Below, in pieces: positions 1 to 10,075 of a DNA stretch of 64,000 nt. The translations under genes were made by a program, and so were the position numbers. The first letter of the stretch is position 1. Each line of letters opens with the position of its first letter. A model generated the notes under the pieces. It was not told the DNA's origin and ran no database searches. It saw only the letters and a program-made list of their open reading frames with translations. Source of the DNA: Dehalococcoidia bacterium (GTDB taxonomy: Bacteria > Chloroflexota > Dehalococcoidia > Lucifugimonadales > VXLM01); the NCBI GenBank assembly GCA_965232435.1, contig CBDDPU010000004.1, forward strand, positions 240,974 to 304,973. The letters are read 5' to 3'.

Positions 1-924
1 GCCGCCATCGGACTGATCTCCGCCAGCCATGCCTTCATCGTCCTGCTGATCGCCTGGATGATCTTCTATCCCGCGAGCGGCGCGTTCGTCAGTCTCTCCC
101 AAGCGTCGCTCATGGACTTCAACCCCGCGCGACGAGAACAAAACATGGTGCGCTGGGAGTTCGTCGGGTGGATCGGATACGCGCTCGGCCCGCTCGCGTT
201 GACAGCGGCAATCGCCCCGGGCATCGGCTGGCGGATGGCCTTTCTGTTCCTTGCCGTCTTGACGATCCCCGCCATCATCGCCGTTGCCCGAATACCGCTC
301 GGACCGAAGAGAAGGCAAATCGACCGCAAAACTCCTTCTTTCGTCGAAGCGGCGCGCGCCGCCCTGAGGGCGCTCAAGCGATTCAGAGTAGTCAAGTGGC
401 TCGCACTGCTGCAGGCGTCCGACCTGATGCTGGACATATTCGCGAGCTTCTTGGCCCTCTACATGGTCGATATCGCCGGAACTTCCGAAGCGCATGCGGC
501 CCTCACACTCTCCGTGTGGATTGCCGCCGGCCTATTGGGGAACTTAATCCTCATACCGCTTTTGGAACGTGTGTGCGGCCTTACGTATCTGCGGATCAGT
601 GTGGTTGCCGTGCTGCTGCTATATCCCGCCTTTCTTCTTGCGCCCCTATTCGAAATGAAGCTCGTCATCGTTGGAGCGCTGGGACTCGCGGCAGCGGGAT
701 GGTACTCCATCCTGCAAGGGCAGGCCTATTCATCGCTGCCCGGGCGAAGCGGAACGATTGTCGCACTCGGAAATGTCTTTGGAATCGTCGCTGCTGTGAT
801 TCCGTTTGGGATCGGCCTCGTCTCCGCCGGCTGGGGACTCAATACCGCGATGTGGCTGCTTCTGGCCGGGCCGGTCGCGCTCCTCGTCGGTCTGCAAAAT
901 CGCCGAAGTGGCGCAAACGTCTGA
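1..924 (+). CDS. MFS-type transporter, C-terminal part (5' end outside window)
   Basis: Frame 1 is open from base 1 into the 58..924 ORF. The product is a series of hydrophobic helices (GWRMAFLFLAVLTIPAIIAV, VAVLLLYPAFLLAPLF, GIVAAVIPFGIGLV) typical of a permease. No family-specific motif was seen. Confidence 0.5.
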   Translation, partial: AAIGLISASHAFIVLLIAWMIFYPASGAFVSLSQASLMDFNPARREQNMVRWEFVGWIGYALGPLALTAAIAPGIGWRMAFLFLAVLTIPAIIAVARIPLGPKRRQIDRKTPSFVEAARAALRALKRFRVVKWLALLQASDLMLDIFASFLALYMVDIAGTSEAHAALTLSVWIAAGLLGNLILIPLLERVCGLTYLRISVVAVLLLYPAFLLAPLFEMKLVIVGALGLAAAGWYSILQGQAYSSLPGRSGTIVALGNVFGIVAAVIPFGIGLVSAGWGLNTAMWLLLAGPVALLVGLQNRRSGANV

Positions 925-1101
925 CGGTACTCAATCGGCGAGGGCAACAATCATCCAAGAAGACGGCCCTCGTGCGTCACGCCGGTTGATAGGATATTAT
1001 GACTGCCATTCTCGAACGACCCCCCACCGCAATCAAGAAAACTCTTCCCTGATCGCCCACTCATCCGGGAAGCATGAAAACCTTCAGCGAAGGAGCAACA
1101 C

Positions 1102-1947
1102 ATGGCGCGAGAACAGCTTCGGTTTCTGGTGGTGATGGCGCATCCGCATGACTTTACGCACTGTGCGGGGACATGCGGGGTACATACGGGACTGGGTGAC
1201 GAGGTAGTTTGGGTGTCGATGACGTCGGGGAGAATGACCCACAACGAGCGATTGGCCGACGAGCTCCAGAAGCCCGAGAACGAGCAGGACCCGGCCATCG
1301 TCAACCAGACGGCAGAAAGCTATGCCGCGGAGAAGGCCGCGGAACTAAAGCAGGTCGGGGCGCTGTTCGGAGTGACGGACGTTCGAGTCTTGCAGTTCAC
1401 GGACAAGCCGTTCGTGGTGGAGCGGCAGCCGGACTCCATAGAGGCGATGCGGGAGCTGATCCTGGAAATCCGCCCGCACGTCATACTCACTCAGAGTCCG
1501 TTCGTCGACCGGCATCACGGTATGGCGTCTACGACGAAGAACGACCATACGGAGACCGGCATGGCCGTGATGGAAGCCAAACTGCTGGCCCAACTGCCGC
1601 GTTACGGCCAGCGAACGGCTCCCCATACGACGCCGGCAACGTTCTTTCCTGGCATCTACTTCGCGCGGGAGTACTGGGACTTCGCCGTCGACGTGACCGA
1701 CCAGATCGACGCGCGCAAGAAGGCGGAGGCGCTCTACAAATCGCAGGGACACGATGAAGAGTACGCGGCCCGCCGAGTAGAAATATCCGTGGGCCATCAA
1801 GGAATGTCCTCAGGCGTGCCGTACGCCGAAGGGTTCGTGCAGGAGAGCGCGCCAACTCTCCCTCATATAGAACTGTCGCCGTATACCCTCCGCAAGGGCA
1901 CTGAGACGCGCGCCGACACCATGAGATCAATTGCCGGGAAGAAGTAG
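1102..1947 (+). CDS. PIG-L / LmbE-family deacetylase
   Basis: The N-terminal LRFLVVMAHPHDFTHCAG resembles the AHPDD metal-binding motif of the PIG-L family, and the 281-aa size is typical. Confidence 0.55.
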   Translation: MAREQLRFLVVMAHPHDFTHCAGTCGVHTGLGDEVVWVSMTSGRMTHNERLADELQKPENEQDPAIVNQTAESYAAEKAAELKQVGALFGVTDVRVLQFTDKPFVVERQPDSIEAMRELILEIRPHVILTQSPFVDRHHGMASTTKNDHTETGMAVMEAKLLAQLPRYGQRTAPHTTPATFFPGIYFAREYWDFAVDVTDQIDARKKAEALYKSQGHDEEYAARRVEISVGHQGMSSGVPYAEGFVQESAPTLPHIELSPYTLRKGTETRADTMRSIAGKK

Positions 1948-2039
1948 GATCGGCGCCCTCACTCCAGCCCGGTCCTGGGCTCCCTCCGGTCAAGGGTGAA
2001 AACGGCCTCTAACAACATCCCCGCAAAGAGAGGTGTAGG

Positions 2040-2402
2040 ATGCAAAAAGTTCAGGGATTCGGCGGGTTCTTCTTTCGGGCAAAGGACCCGGAAGGACTTG
2101 CGAAATGGTATCAGGATCACCTTGGCATCAATCCCACTCCGACGAACATGGAGATGGAACCCTGGGTGACCGGGTCCGGGGTCACGGTTTTCTCGCCCTT
2201 CGATGCTGACACGGACTATTTCGCGGCGGACAAGACTTTCATGCTGAATTTCCGAGTGGCCGATTTGGACGCGATGGTCGCACAGCTAAAGTCCGCGGAT
2301 ATCGAGGTCAGCCACGAAAGCGAGATGGAGGGCATAGGCCGCTTTGCCCGCATCCACGACCCCGAAGGAAACGCGCTAGAACTCTGGGAACCCACGTCGT
2401 GA
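2040..2402 (+). CDS. VOC (glyoxalase/bleomycin-resistance) family protein
   Basis: The 120-aa product has FFFRAKDPEGLAKWYQDHLG at the N-terminus and ARIHDPEGNALELWE at the C-terminus, the typical VOC beta-alpha-beta-beta-beta signature. Confidence 0.65.
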   Translation: MQKVQGFGGFFFRAKDPEGLAKWYQDHLGINPTPTNMEMEPWVTGSGVTVFSPFDADTDYFAADKTFMLNFRVADLDAMVAQLKSADIEVSHESEMEGIGRFARIHDPEGNALELWEPTS

Positions 2403-2495
2403 GATTCGACATTTCAAACTAAGGCACTACCAGGCTCCAAAACGGAGAGATGGCTGCTTTAGCCGGGGAGAGAATTTTATAAAGGGGCGGAAAAA

Positions 2496-2525
2496 CGTAG
2501 GGGCAGGTTTGAACCTGCCCCTACG
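2496..2525 (-). terminator. Rho-independent terminator at the end of leuA (end of the ilv-leu operon)
   Basis: Perfect 13-bp stem CGTAGGGGCAGGT / ACCTGCCCCTACG with a 4-nt loop. On the minus strand it is followed by TTTTTCC, and it lies 29 nt downstream of the leuA stop. Confidence 0.6.
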
Positions 2526-2553
2526 CCGTTGCGGACGATCACACCAGTCGACG

Positions 2554-4116
2554 CTAGCTCGTCGGTACCGGCTCCATCGGGAGCTTCTGGTCTTCCATCT
2601 CGGCGAGGGCGCGGTTGAGGGCGTTCATGTATGCCCTGGCGCTGGCGACGATGATGTCGGTGTCGGAGCCGCGACCGACGAAGGAGTTGCCGTTCTGCCG
2701 GATGCGAATCGTCACATCCCCGATGGCGTCGACGCCCTCCGTAACCGCGTCCACTCGAAACTCGGTCAGGGTGTTGGGCACGCCGACGATACGGTTGATT
2801 GCCTGGTATACGGCGTCAACGGGGCCGGTTCCGGTAGCCGCGTCGGTAACGGCCTCCCCGGCGGGATTGATGAGCTGCACGGTGGCCGTCGGAATCTCGC
2901 CGTTGCCGCAGGTGACCTGCACCCGCTCCATCTTGTAGACCTGCACGACATCCTGGCGACGACGCTGCATGGACATGAGGGACATGAGGTCGGCGTCGGT
3001 CACCTCGCGCTTTCGATCGGCCAGTTCCTTGAAGTTCTGGAATGCAAGATCGAGCTGCGCCTGGTCAAGATTGAACCCCAACTCCTCCAGGCGGGAGCGC
3101 AGCCCTGCCCGTCCGCTCAACTTCCCCAGCACGAGACTGCTGGTCGGCCACCCTACCGTATGGGGATCCATGATCTCAAACGTCGTGCGAGATTTGATGA
3201 CGCCGTCCTGGTGGATGCCGGAGGCGTGCCGGAAGGCGTTCGCTCCGACGATCGCCTTGTTCGGCTGAACCGGGAACCCCGTGATGTCGCTGACAAGACG
3301 ACTCGTACGATAGATCTGCCGAGTATCAATGTTGGTGGTCACCCCCAGAGCATCGCCGCGGGTCTCGATGGTCATAATGACTTCCTCAAGAGAGGCATTG
3401 CCCGCGCGCTCGCCTAGACCGTTGATGCAGCCCTCAATCTGGCGAGCGCCTTCAACGACGGCCGCGATACTGTTCGGCGCGGCGTTTCCGAGGTCGTTAT
3501 GACAGTGAACACTGATTATCGCCTTGTCGATATTCGGCACGTTTTCCTTGATCAGGCGGATGCGCTCAGCGAACTCAGAGGGCAGCGCGTACCCGACGGT
3601 GTCGGGAATGTTCACGGTAGTCGCCCCCGCGTTGATGCACGCCTCCAACATCCTGTACAGGTACTCGATATCTGTACGTGTGGCATCCATCGGCGAGAAC
3701 TCCACGTTGTCGCAGAGGTTTCGCGCGCGTTCGACGGAAGAGACCGCCTGGTCGAGCACCTCTTCCGGGTTCTTGCGCAGCAAGTCCATCAAGTGGCTGT
3801 CTGAGCTGGATATAAAGGTGTGAATGCGCGGACGATCAGCTCCCTTAATAGCCTCCCACGCGGCGTCGATGTCGCCAGGCACACAGCGGGCCAGCGACGC
3901 GATGGTGGGAGTCCGAACCTCCCTCGCAATAGTCGACACCGCCTCGAAGTCGCCGGACGAACTCGCCGCAAATCCCGCCTCGATAATATCCACGCCGAGA
4001 CGCTCGAGCTGCCTGGCGATCTCCATCTTTTCGTCGAGCGTCAGACCGATTCCCGCCGACTGCTCACCGTCTCGCAGCGTCGTATCGAAGATCAGTACGT
4101 TTTCTTTGGTTGTCAT
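2554..4116 (-). CDS. leuA: 2-isopropylmalate synthase
   Basis: LIFDTTLRDGEQSAG, HCHNDLG and GLGERAGNASLEE motifs, a 520-aa length and a C-terminal LeuA dimerisation/regulatory region. Confidence 0.93.
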   Translation of the reverse strand: MTTKENVLIFDTTLRDGEQSAGIGLTLDEKMEIARQLERLGVDIIEAGFAASSSGDFEAVSTIAREVRTPTIASLARCVPGDIDAAWEAIKGADRPRIHTFISSSDSHLMDLLRKNPEEVLDQAVSSVERARNLCDNVEFSPMDATRTDIEYLYRMLEACINAGATTVNIPDTVGYALPSEFAERIRLIKENVPNIDKAIISVHCHNDLGNAAPNSIAAVVEGARQIEGCINGLGERAGNASLEEVIMTIETRGDALGVTTNIDTRQIYRTSRLVSDITGFPVQPNKAIVGANAFRHASGIHQDGVIKSRTTFEIMDPHTVGWPTSSLVLGKLSGRAGLRSRLEELGFNLDQAQLDLAFQNFKELADRKREVTDADLMSLMSMQRRRQDVVQVYKMERVQVTCGNGEIPTATVQLINPAGEAVTDAATGTGPVDAVYQAINRIVGVPNTLTEFRVDAVTEGVDAIGDVTIRIRQNGNSFVGRGSDTDIIVASARAYMNALNRALAEMEDQKLPMEPVPTS

Positions 4117-4292
4117 TGTTGTTTCTCCCTTGTGCGGCAGGCTTATACGTGTCCGAACCCCTCGGTTGCTTAGTCAGGGGCCGTCACCTAAGGGCGCCGC
4201 AGTCCGCCATGTCGAGCCATACCAGGACCCAACAATGCCGGCGAACTACGTGGGCTTCCTCCGTTGTGCGCATTCGCTTTACCTCTTACCAA

Positions 4293-5156
4293 TCAGAGCT
4301 TGGACAGTATGCCTTCTTCAAACTCAGACAACGTCACGGGATATCCTCCCGTAAGGCCCTCCGTGGCCCTCTCCAAGGTTGTGACGTGAACCTTGTCGCG
4401 AACCAACTGGAACCGCTGGCCATCCTCCACCTCTTCAAAACCGACGGTGAACCAGGCAATGTCACCGCTGGAGAGGTCATCGACCTCTTCCATATGCCCA
4501 AGCGATGCGAAGAAGTGACTATCGATGACAACTGCCATCTTCTTTCCCCACCGCCGGAGCGTAGGTACCTTTATTTGCAACTGGGGCATCAATCGCTTAG
4601 GACCACTGCTTCGATAGTCCGGTCTGCGTGTCTCACTAGGAAATGGTAGTCCATCTCCTGCAAACGCTTCGATGTTACGAAACTCATCAGCCATGCTCTT
4701 ACCTGAAAAATAGACGGACTGTATCTCCAGAGCACACCAATCAAGCGCCGCCGGCGAAGCCGCTTTGTTCGCCAGAACCATGTCAATCCGCCCTACGTGA
4801 GTATTTCCTCCTTCCGACTTGAGAAAACCTATTTCAGTTGCTATTTCGGGTGTCGGAGTGCCAAGAATAGTCTCACCGACCCACTGAAATACCGTCATAT
4901 TCTCTTCAAATCGCCGAGGGCAAAGTACCCGCAATCCGTCTTCGTCATCCAGTGTCGGAACGGCGAACCCGTCAACGTTTCTATACACACGAAAGGAACA
5001 GACTCCGCCTTTCTTGGTACACGAACCTCCTTTGATCCTAAATGGGCATGGCTGAACTTCCGAGGAACGAGAATATGCTCGTCTCTCGTCAGAAGTCAGC
5101 CCTAAATAAGAGTGCCCGTACCATTCTCCTATTCCGAAGCGGCGTGTTTTGCTCAC
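4293..5156 (-). CDS. Type II restriction endonuclease, NotI-like family
   Basis: The N-terminal Cys cluster CPF..SC..K..GVC....VLCPRR parallels the Cys4 iron site I recall from NotI (CPF..SC..GVC..LVCPNR). The ALEIQSVYFSG block resembles NotI LEIQTMDFHGS. The GTG start overlaps the methylase stop (GTGA). Confidence 0.6.
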   Translation of the reverse strand: MSKTRRFGIGEWYGHSYLGLTSDERRAYSRSSEVQPCPFRIKGGSCTKKGGVCSFRVYRNVDGFAVPTLDDEDGLRVLCPRRFEENMTVFQWVGETILGTPTPEIATEIGFLKSEGGNTHVGRIDMVLANKAASPAALDWCALEIQSVYFSGKSMADEFRNIEAFAGDGLPFPSETRRPDYRSSGPKRLMPQLQIKVPTLRRWGKKMAVVIDSHFFASLGHMEEVDDLSSGDIAWFTVGFEEVEDGQRFQLVRDKVHVTTLERATEGLTGGYPVTLSEFEEGILSKL

Positions 5157-6115
5157 ACCGACAACTCACCCGAAGTGATGAGCAACTCGTACAAAAGATC
5201 GTGATGTGTATTTTTCATAGGCACCTTCGCTAGATTAAATCCGTGTTCTCGGGCCATTCGGATGATTTCATCGCTCTCATCGTATGTCATCATGAAAGGG
5301 CTTTTGACCGCCGCCATGCGCTTAAACAGGGCTTCGTGGTCAATCTCATTGTGATTATAAAGACGTCTTCCGGCGCGCTTGCCCGCGGCCGTGTACGGAG
5401 GGTCGATAAAGAACGCGGCCGTTGGCCTATCCTTACTCAAGTCGACGAGACTCATGCCGTCACCTTGGAAGAAATCGAACCGGTTGGAATAGCTCCCAAT
5501 GGCGCGGATGCGAGCGGCCAGAGTTTCGGGATACCACCGGGACGCGAGACCGCTCCCATTTTCTCCTTGCTTCATTATCGAGGCTCCCTTGGCAAGAATG
5601 CCGCCGCGACTGATTCTGTTTCTGAGCAGCGTTTTGAACGCGGCGTCAACTACGTCCCCATCGGTCTTTTGAAGCGCTTCACGCACGTTTTCACTGCCCG
5701 CCTCAAACATCTCAACCCGGCGCGCCAGTTCCTCGGAGTCGTTCATGATGCAGCGCCAAAGAGAAGCGATATCCGAGTCGACTTCACACAACACCGCCCG
5801 ATCCGTAAGTCCCTCCATTACTGCCGTGAGGGAGGCGATGCCACCCCCCGCAAACGGCTCTACAAATACCTCCGGGCGAGAGTCGAGACCGGTCAGCCAT
5901 CTCCGTATCTGTGGAACTAGCCAGGTCTTGCCGCCGGGATATCGCAAAGGGCTCCTCTGCGGCACCGATGCGACGTTAACAACGCTTTCCGATAGGATAG
6001 GGACGGAATCCGGGGAGAACTCAGACTCAATGCCATGATAATCCCCGCTTATCGAAACGACGATTTCATCACTGCCGGTCGCATGATCCATTTGGCGTGT
6101 TACGCTCATCACCAA
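5153..6115 (-). CDS. DNA adenine methyltransferase, D12/Dam class
   Basis: RYPGGK, EPFAGGG (SAM-binding FxGxG) and FFIDPPY (motif IV DPPY) occur in the order typical of alpha-group N6-adenine MTases. It is translationally coupled to the downstream nuclease. Confidence 0.85.
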   Translation of the reverse strand: MVMSVTRQMDHATGSDEIVVSISGDYHGIESEFSPDSVPILSESVVNVASVPQRSPLRYPGGKTWLVPQIRRWLTGLDSRPEVFVEPFAGGGIASLTAVMEGLTDRAVLCEVDSDIASLWRCIMNDSEELARRVEMFEAGSENVREALQKTDGDVVDAAFKTLLRNRISRGGILAKGASIMKQGENGSGLASRWYPETLAARIRAIGSYSNRFDFFQGDGMSLVDLSKDRPTAAFFIDPPYTAAGKRAGRRLYNHNEIDHEALFKRMAAVKSPFMMTYDESDEIIRMAREHGFNLAKVPMKNTHHDLLYELLITSGELSV

Positions 6116-6292
6116 TCAATTCCTCAATACAGTCGCTTGCGCGATTCAGCTAACCCACGGCCTCTACCTTGGCATCGGACAACTCGACATCCGGCCAACC
6201 TTGAACTCCCTTGAGTCCTTCGGCTCGAATTGGATGAAGAGAGTATCGACATCGGCAATGCAAGAACTACTCACAGTTGCCCGCCCCATCAT

Positions 6293-7294
6293 TTAGTCCG
6301 CGTCCTTGAGGAAGCTCATCATGCCGCGAAGCTCCGCTCCGACCTTTTCGATGGAGTGCTCGGCGGCCTCCTTGCGAAGTTGCGTGAAGCGGTGGCGTCC
6401 CTCATCGTTCTCGGCTATCCACTCGCGGGCGAAGGAGCCGTCCTGAACGGCCTCAAGCACCTTCTTCATGTTCTCCTTGACGTGTTCATCCACGACGACC
6501 GGGCCGCGCGTAAGGTCTCCGTACTCCGCCGTGTCGCTGACGGAGTAACGCATGTATTCCATGCCGCCCTGATAGAGCAGGTCGACGATGAGCTTGAGTT
6601 CGTGCATACACTCAAAATAGGCCGACTCCGGCTGATATCCCGCCTCAACCAAAGTCTCATAGCCCGCCTTTATCAGGGCCGTCACTCCGCCGCACAGGAT
6701 GGTCTGCTCGCCGAAGAGGTCGGTCTCGGTCTCTTCCTTGAAGGTGGTTGTGAGCACGCCGGCCCGAGTGCAGCCCACTCCCTTGGCATAGGCAAGCCCG
6801 ATTTCACGGGCGGTTCCCGAAGCGTCCTGGTGAATGGCCAGCAGACCCGGCACGCCGGAACCTCGCGTGAACACCTCGCGCATCCGATGCCCCGGCGCTT
6901 TGGGCGCAACCATCGACACGTCGATGTTTTCCGCGGGCAGGATGGTCTCATAGTGGATGTTGAATCCGTGGGCGAACATGAGCGTCTTGCCCGCGCCCAT
7001 GTGCGGCGCTATCTCCTGGTTGTATACATCCGCTTGGAGGTGGTCGGGAATGAGCACCATGACGATGTCGGACTCTTTCGCGGTCTCCTCGACGGCGCCG
7101 ACTCGCAGGCCGTCGGCCTCCGCCTTCTCACGGCTTCTGCTGCCCTCGTACAGCCCAACCATCACGTTCAGCCCGTTGTCCTTGCAATTGAGCGCGTGAG
7201 CGTGACCCTGGCTCCCGTATCCGATAATGCCGATTGTCTTGTCCTCCAAGAGGGACAGATCGGCGTCGTTGTCGTAGAACATCTCTGCTGGCAT
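6293..7294 (-). CDS. ilvC: Ketol-acid reductoisomerase
   Basis: [16 protein letters not shown] Rossmann motif, class I length (333 aa) and conserved C-terminal knotted-domain sequence. Confidence 0.95.
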   Translation of the reverse strand: MPAEMFYDNDADLSLLEDKTIGIIGYGSQGHAHALNCKDNGLNVMVGLYEGSRSREKAEADGLRVGAVEETAKESDIVMVLIPDHLQADVYNQEIAPHMGAGKTLMFAHGFNIHYETILPAENIDVSMVAPKAPGHRMREVFTRGSGVPGLLAIHQDASGTAREIGLAYAKGVGCTRAGVLTTTFKEETETDLFGEQTILCGGVTALIKAGYETLVEAGYQPESAYFECMHELKLIVDLLYQGGMEYMRYSVSDTAEYGDLTRGPVVVDEHVKENMKKVLEAVQDGSFAREWIAENDEGRHRFTQLRKEAAEHSIEKVGAELRGMMSFLKDAD

Positions 7295-7393
7295 TTCTTG
7301 AATTGGCTCCCGATTCTAGTATTCGATCCTCTTGTTTCTTACCGAGTTTCTAGCCCACCGCTCCCTGAGCATGGGAAGAAATCGAACCCGTGT

Positions 7394-7963
7394 TCATACC
7401 GAAGCAGCCTCGCCCCAATGGCGGCGTTTGATTTCCCCGCCCGATCGCTGTTCGTGCAAATGACCTAACCATCGCTCCATGACAATGGACCCGGTGCGCA
7501 TGACTTCCATGATGCCGAACCGCTTGACGAGGCCCAGAAGCGATTCGATTTTGTCCTGGTCGCCGGTGACCTCAACGATGAGGTGGTCCGGAGCGACGCC
7601 GGCGATCTTGGCGTTGAATACTTCGACGATCTGGATGATCTCCGGGCGAGTCTCGCTTGTGGCCCTGATCTTGATGAGGGCGAGTTCGCGAGAAACGACG
7701 TTCTTGCTCGACACCTTGGTAACTCGAATCACGTCGATGAGCTTGTGCAGGTGCTTATTGACTTGCTCGATGGTGCGCTTATCGCCCTCGACCACGAAGG
7801 TCATCCGGGACAGATCAGGTTCTTCACTGTGGCCGACGGCCAAGCTCACAATGTTAAACCCTCGCCGCCGGAACATGCTGGACACCCGGTTGAGAACTCC
7901 CGGTTTGTCCCGCACGAGGGCCGTAATGGTATGGTGTTCGATAGAGACGCCGTTCGTAGTCAT
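7394..7963 (-). CDS. ilvN: Acetolactate synthase small (regulatory) subunit
   Basis: ACT-domain start HTITALVRDKPGVLNRVSSMFRRRGFNIVSLAVG. It has a 4-bp overlap with ilvB. Confidence 0.9.
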   Translation of the reverse strand: MTTNGVSIEHHTITALVRDKPGVLNRVSSMFRRRGFNIVSLAVGHSEEPDLSRMTFVVEGDKRTIEQVNKHLHKLIDVIRVTKVSSKNVVSRELALIKIRATSETRPEIIQIVEVFNAKIAGVAPDHLIVEVTGDQDKIESLLGLVKRFGIMEVMRTGSIVMERWLGHLHEQRSGGEIKRRHWGEAASV

Positions 7964-9699
7964 CGGGCCGCCTCCCAGGGAGCGAACTCCGGCTCCTCGA
8001 CAAGATCCTCGATAGTGCCGCCCGCCTTGATCATGGGGTACACTCGCTCTTCCTCTTCGACGACGAAATCGATGATCACCGGGCCGTCATGGTCCATCGC
8101 CTCTTCAATGGCCCCGCGCACCTGAACCCTGTCGGTCACCCGCATAGCCTTGATTCCGAAGGCTTCGGCGAGCTTCACGAAGTCGGGATTCGCCGTGTAA
8201 GCCGTGGCAACGTAGCTCTTGTCGTAAAAGAACTCCTGCCACTGGTGCACCATCCCCAGCACATTGTTGTTGATGATGGCGAACTTAACCGGCAGCCGGT
8301 TCTCGACGATCGTGGCAAGCTCGCACATCGTCATTTGGAAACCGCCGTCGCCGGCCACGGACCAAACCGCCCTGTCCGGCGCCCCGACCTGTACGCCCAT
8401 AGCCCCGGGCACTTCATAACCCATCGCGCCTGAACCGCCCGACGTAATGAACGTGCATGGGTACTTGTACGTGAAGTGCTGCGCGGCCCACATCTGATGC
8501 TGACCAACACCGGTCACCACAATGGCGTCGCCCTTCGTAACCTCGGACAGCTCCTTCATGATGAACTGTGGGAGCAGCTGCTCGGCGTCGCGGACCACAT
8601 GCGAAGGATGCTCCTCTTTCAACTCCTCAATCCGACGGAGCCAATCGGGATGCGTGTTCTCCCGTACCTGAGGATTCAGCTTGTTGAGTACCCGTTTCAG
8701 GTCTCCCACGATAGGGACTTCAACCTCAATGTTCTTCCCGATCTCCGAGGGATCGATATCGACGTGAATCTTCTTGGATTTGCGAGCGAAGGCGCTCGTC
8801 TTGCCCGTGATCCGGTCATCGAACCGCATCCCCAAAGCAATCAGAAGGTCGGCCTCCTCAATGGCGATGCTCGCATATGCCATGCCGTGCATTCCCGGCA
8901 TCCCGACACACAGAATGTGGTCGTCCGGGAACGAACTTATGCCAAGCAAGGTCGTGATGACCGGGATCTGCGCCTTCTCGGCCAGCTCCCGGAGTTCGGC
9001 ATACGCGCCCGAAAAAATGATGCCATGACCGGCAAGGATAACCGGACGCTCGGCCTCGTTTATCAGCGCAACCGCCTTCTTGATCTGGCTGGTGTGCCCC
9101 CTCAATGTCGGCTTGTAGCCGGGCAAATCGATCTGCAAAGAGTCGTAATACTCGCCGAAGCTATCGAACGGAAGCTCTATCTCTTCAGTCTGCACATCTT
9201 TGGGCACGTCGATGACAACCGGGCCGGGTCTGCCGGTATTCGCGATGTGAAAAGCCTCTTTAACCACCTGCGGGATCTCTTCGGGCTCCATAACCAAGGT
9301 GTTGTGCTTCGTGATGGGAAGCGTTATCCCCGTGGTGTCGGTCTCCTGAAAGGCATCAGTCCCGATGGAGGCGCGGGCCACCTGCCCCACGACGGCAACC
9401 ACAGGAACGGAATCCATCTGGGCCGTCGCAATGCCGGTCACCAAGTTAGTCGCCCCCGGACCGGACGTCGCCCAGCACACGCCGACCCTGCCCGTCACTC
9501 GAGCATAACCGTCGGCGGCGTGGGCCGCACCCTGCTCGTGCCGAGTGAGAATGTGGCGAAGCTGAGGATACTGCGGAAGCGTCTGGTAAAGCGGCAGAAT
9601 CGCTCCACCCGGAAGACCGAAGAGTTCTACGACGCCCTCACGTACTAGGCTCTCGCACAGCAGCTGCGACCCATTCATTCGGATTCCCATGATCTTCAC
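7960..9699 (-). CDS. ilvB: Acetolactate synthase large subunit
   Basis: ThDP enzyme with GLPGGAILP, GPGATN and GDGGFQM motifs. The true start may be the ATG at 9690 (AGGAGG lies 10 nt upstream) rather than the GTG at 9699. Confidence 0.95.
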   Translation of the reverse strand: MKIMGIRMNGSQLLCESLVREGVVELFGLPGGAILPLYQTLPQYPQLRHILTRHEQGAAHAADGYARVTGRVGVCWATSGPGATNLVTGIATAQMDSVPVVAVVGQVARASIGTDAFQETDTTGITLPITKHNTLVMEPEEIPQVVKEAFHIANTGRPGPVVIDVPKDVQTEEIELPFDSFGEYYDSLQIDLPGYKPTLRGHTSQIKKAVALINEAERPVILAGHGIIFSGAYAELRELAEKAQIPVITTLLGISSFPDDHILCVGMPGMHGMAYASIAIEEADLLIALGMRFDDRITGKTSAFARKSKKIHVDIDPSEIGKNIEVEVPIVGDLKRVLNKLNPQVRENTHPDWLRRIEELKEEHPSHVVRDAEQLLPQFIMKELSEVTKGDAIVVTGVGQHQMWAAQHFTYKYPCTFITSGGSGAMGYEVPGAMGVQVGAPDRAVWSVAGDGGFQMTMCELATIVENRLPVKFAIINNNVLGMVHQWQEFFYDKSYVATAYTANPDFVKLAEAFGIKAMRVTDRVQVRGAIEEAMDHDGPVIIDFVVEEEERVYPMIKAGGTIEDLVEEPEFAPWEAAR

Positions 9700-9751
9700 A
9701 CCTCCTGTCTTCTCTTCGGAATTCGCTCTCTGCAGCCAAACTGCCCAATAA

Positions 9752-10075
9752 GAAAAAAGTCCCGCCCCTCCAAGAAGGGACGGGACAAGCTAAACCAAAA
9801 TATCCCGCGGTACCACCCTCGTTCCCTCTGTCTCAACCATGAGACGGAGGACACTCGTAGCTCCGTGGAGCGTGGCCTGTAACGGCGCCTAACCGCCCTG
9901 CCCTACGCCGCCCGCCAAGAAATGGCGCTGAAACCGGTCTCAGGCAAGATGCTCAGGGGCGAGTTCGCGATCGCCGGCACGCCGGGGATTCCACCGTGTA
10001 CCCCGTTCTCTATCGTACGCTTACCGCTACTACTCCCCTTCGACGCATACTCCGACTATTCGGTTGTTATACAAA
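9752..10075 (-). promoter_or_regulatory. T-box leader (tRNA-sensing riboswitch) upstream of ilvB, probable Leu (CUC) specifier
   Basis: Features read on the minus strand:
- The conserved T-box sequence GAGGGTGGTACCGCGGG (plus-strand coordinates 9804-9821).
- A terminator hairpin GTCCCGTCCCT..AGGGGCGGGAC followed by TTTTTT (9752-9786).
- Upstream stem I elements in the expected order: AGTA box (GGGGAGTAGTAG), AGAGA bulge, distal-loop GGTGGAA, then GAA-CUC-G in specifier-loop context (CUC at 9961-9963). Confidence 0.75.

Noticed and set aside
6117-6131. A 15-mer, AATTCCTCAATACAG, shared between the R-M cassette boundary (6117-6131) and the island region at 28018-28032. It could be a common att or element end.
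   Set aside because: A rough estimate (N squared over 4^15 for 64 kb on both strands) gives on the order of one to a few chance 15-mer matches. There is no extended similarity on either side.
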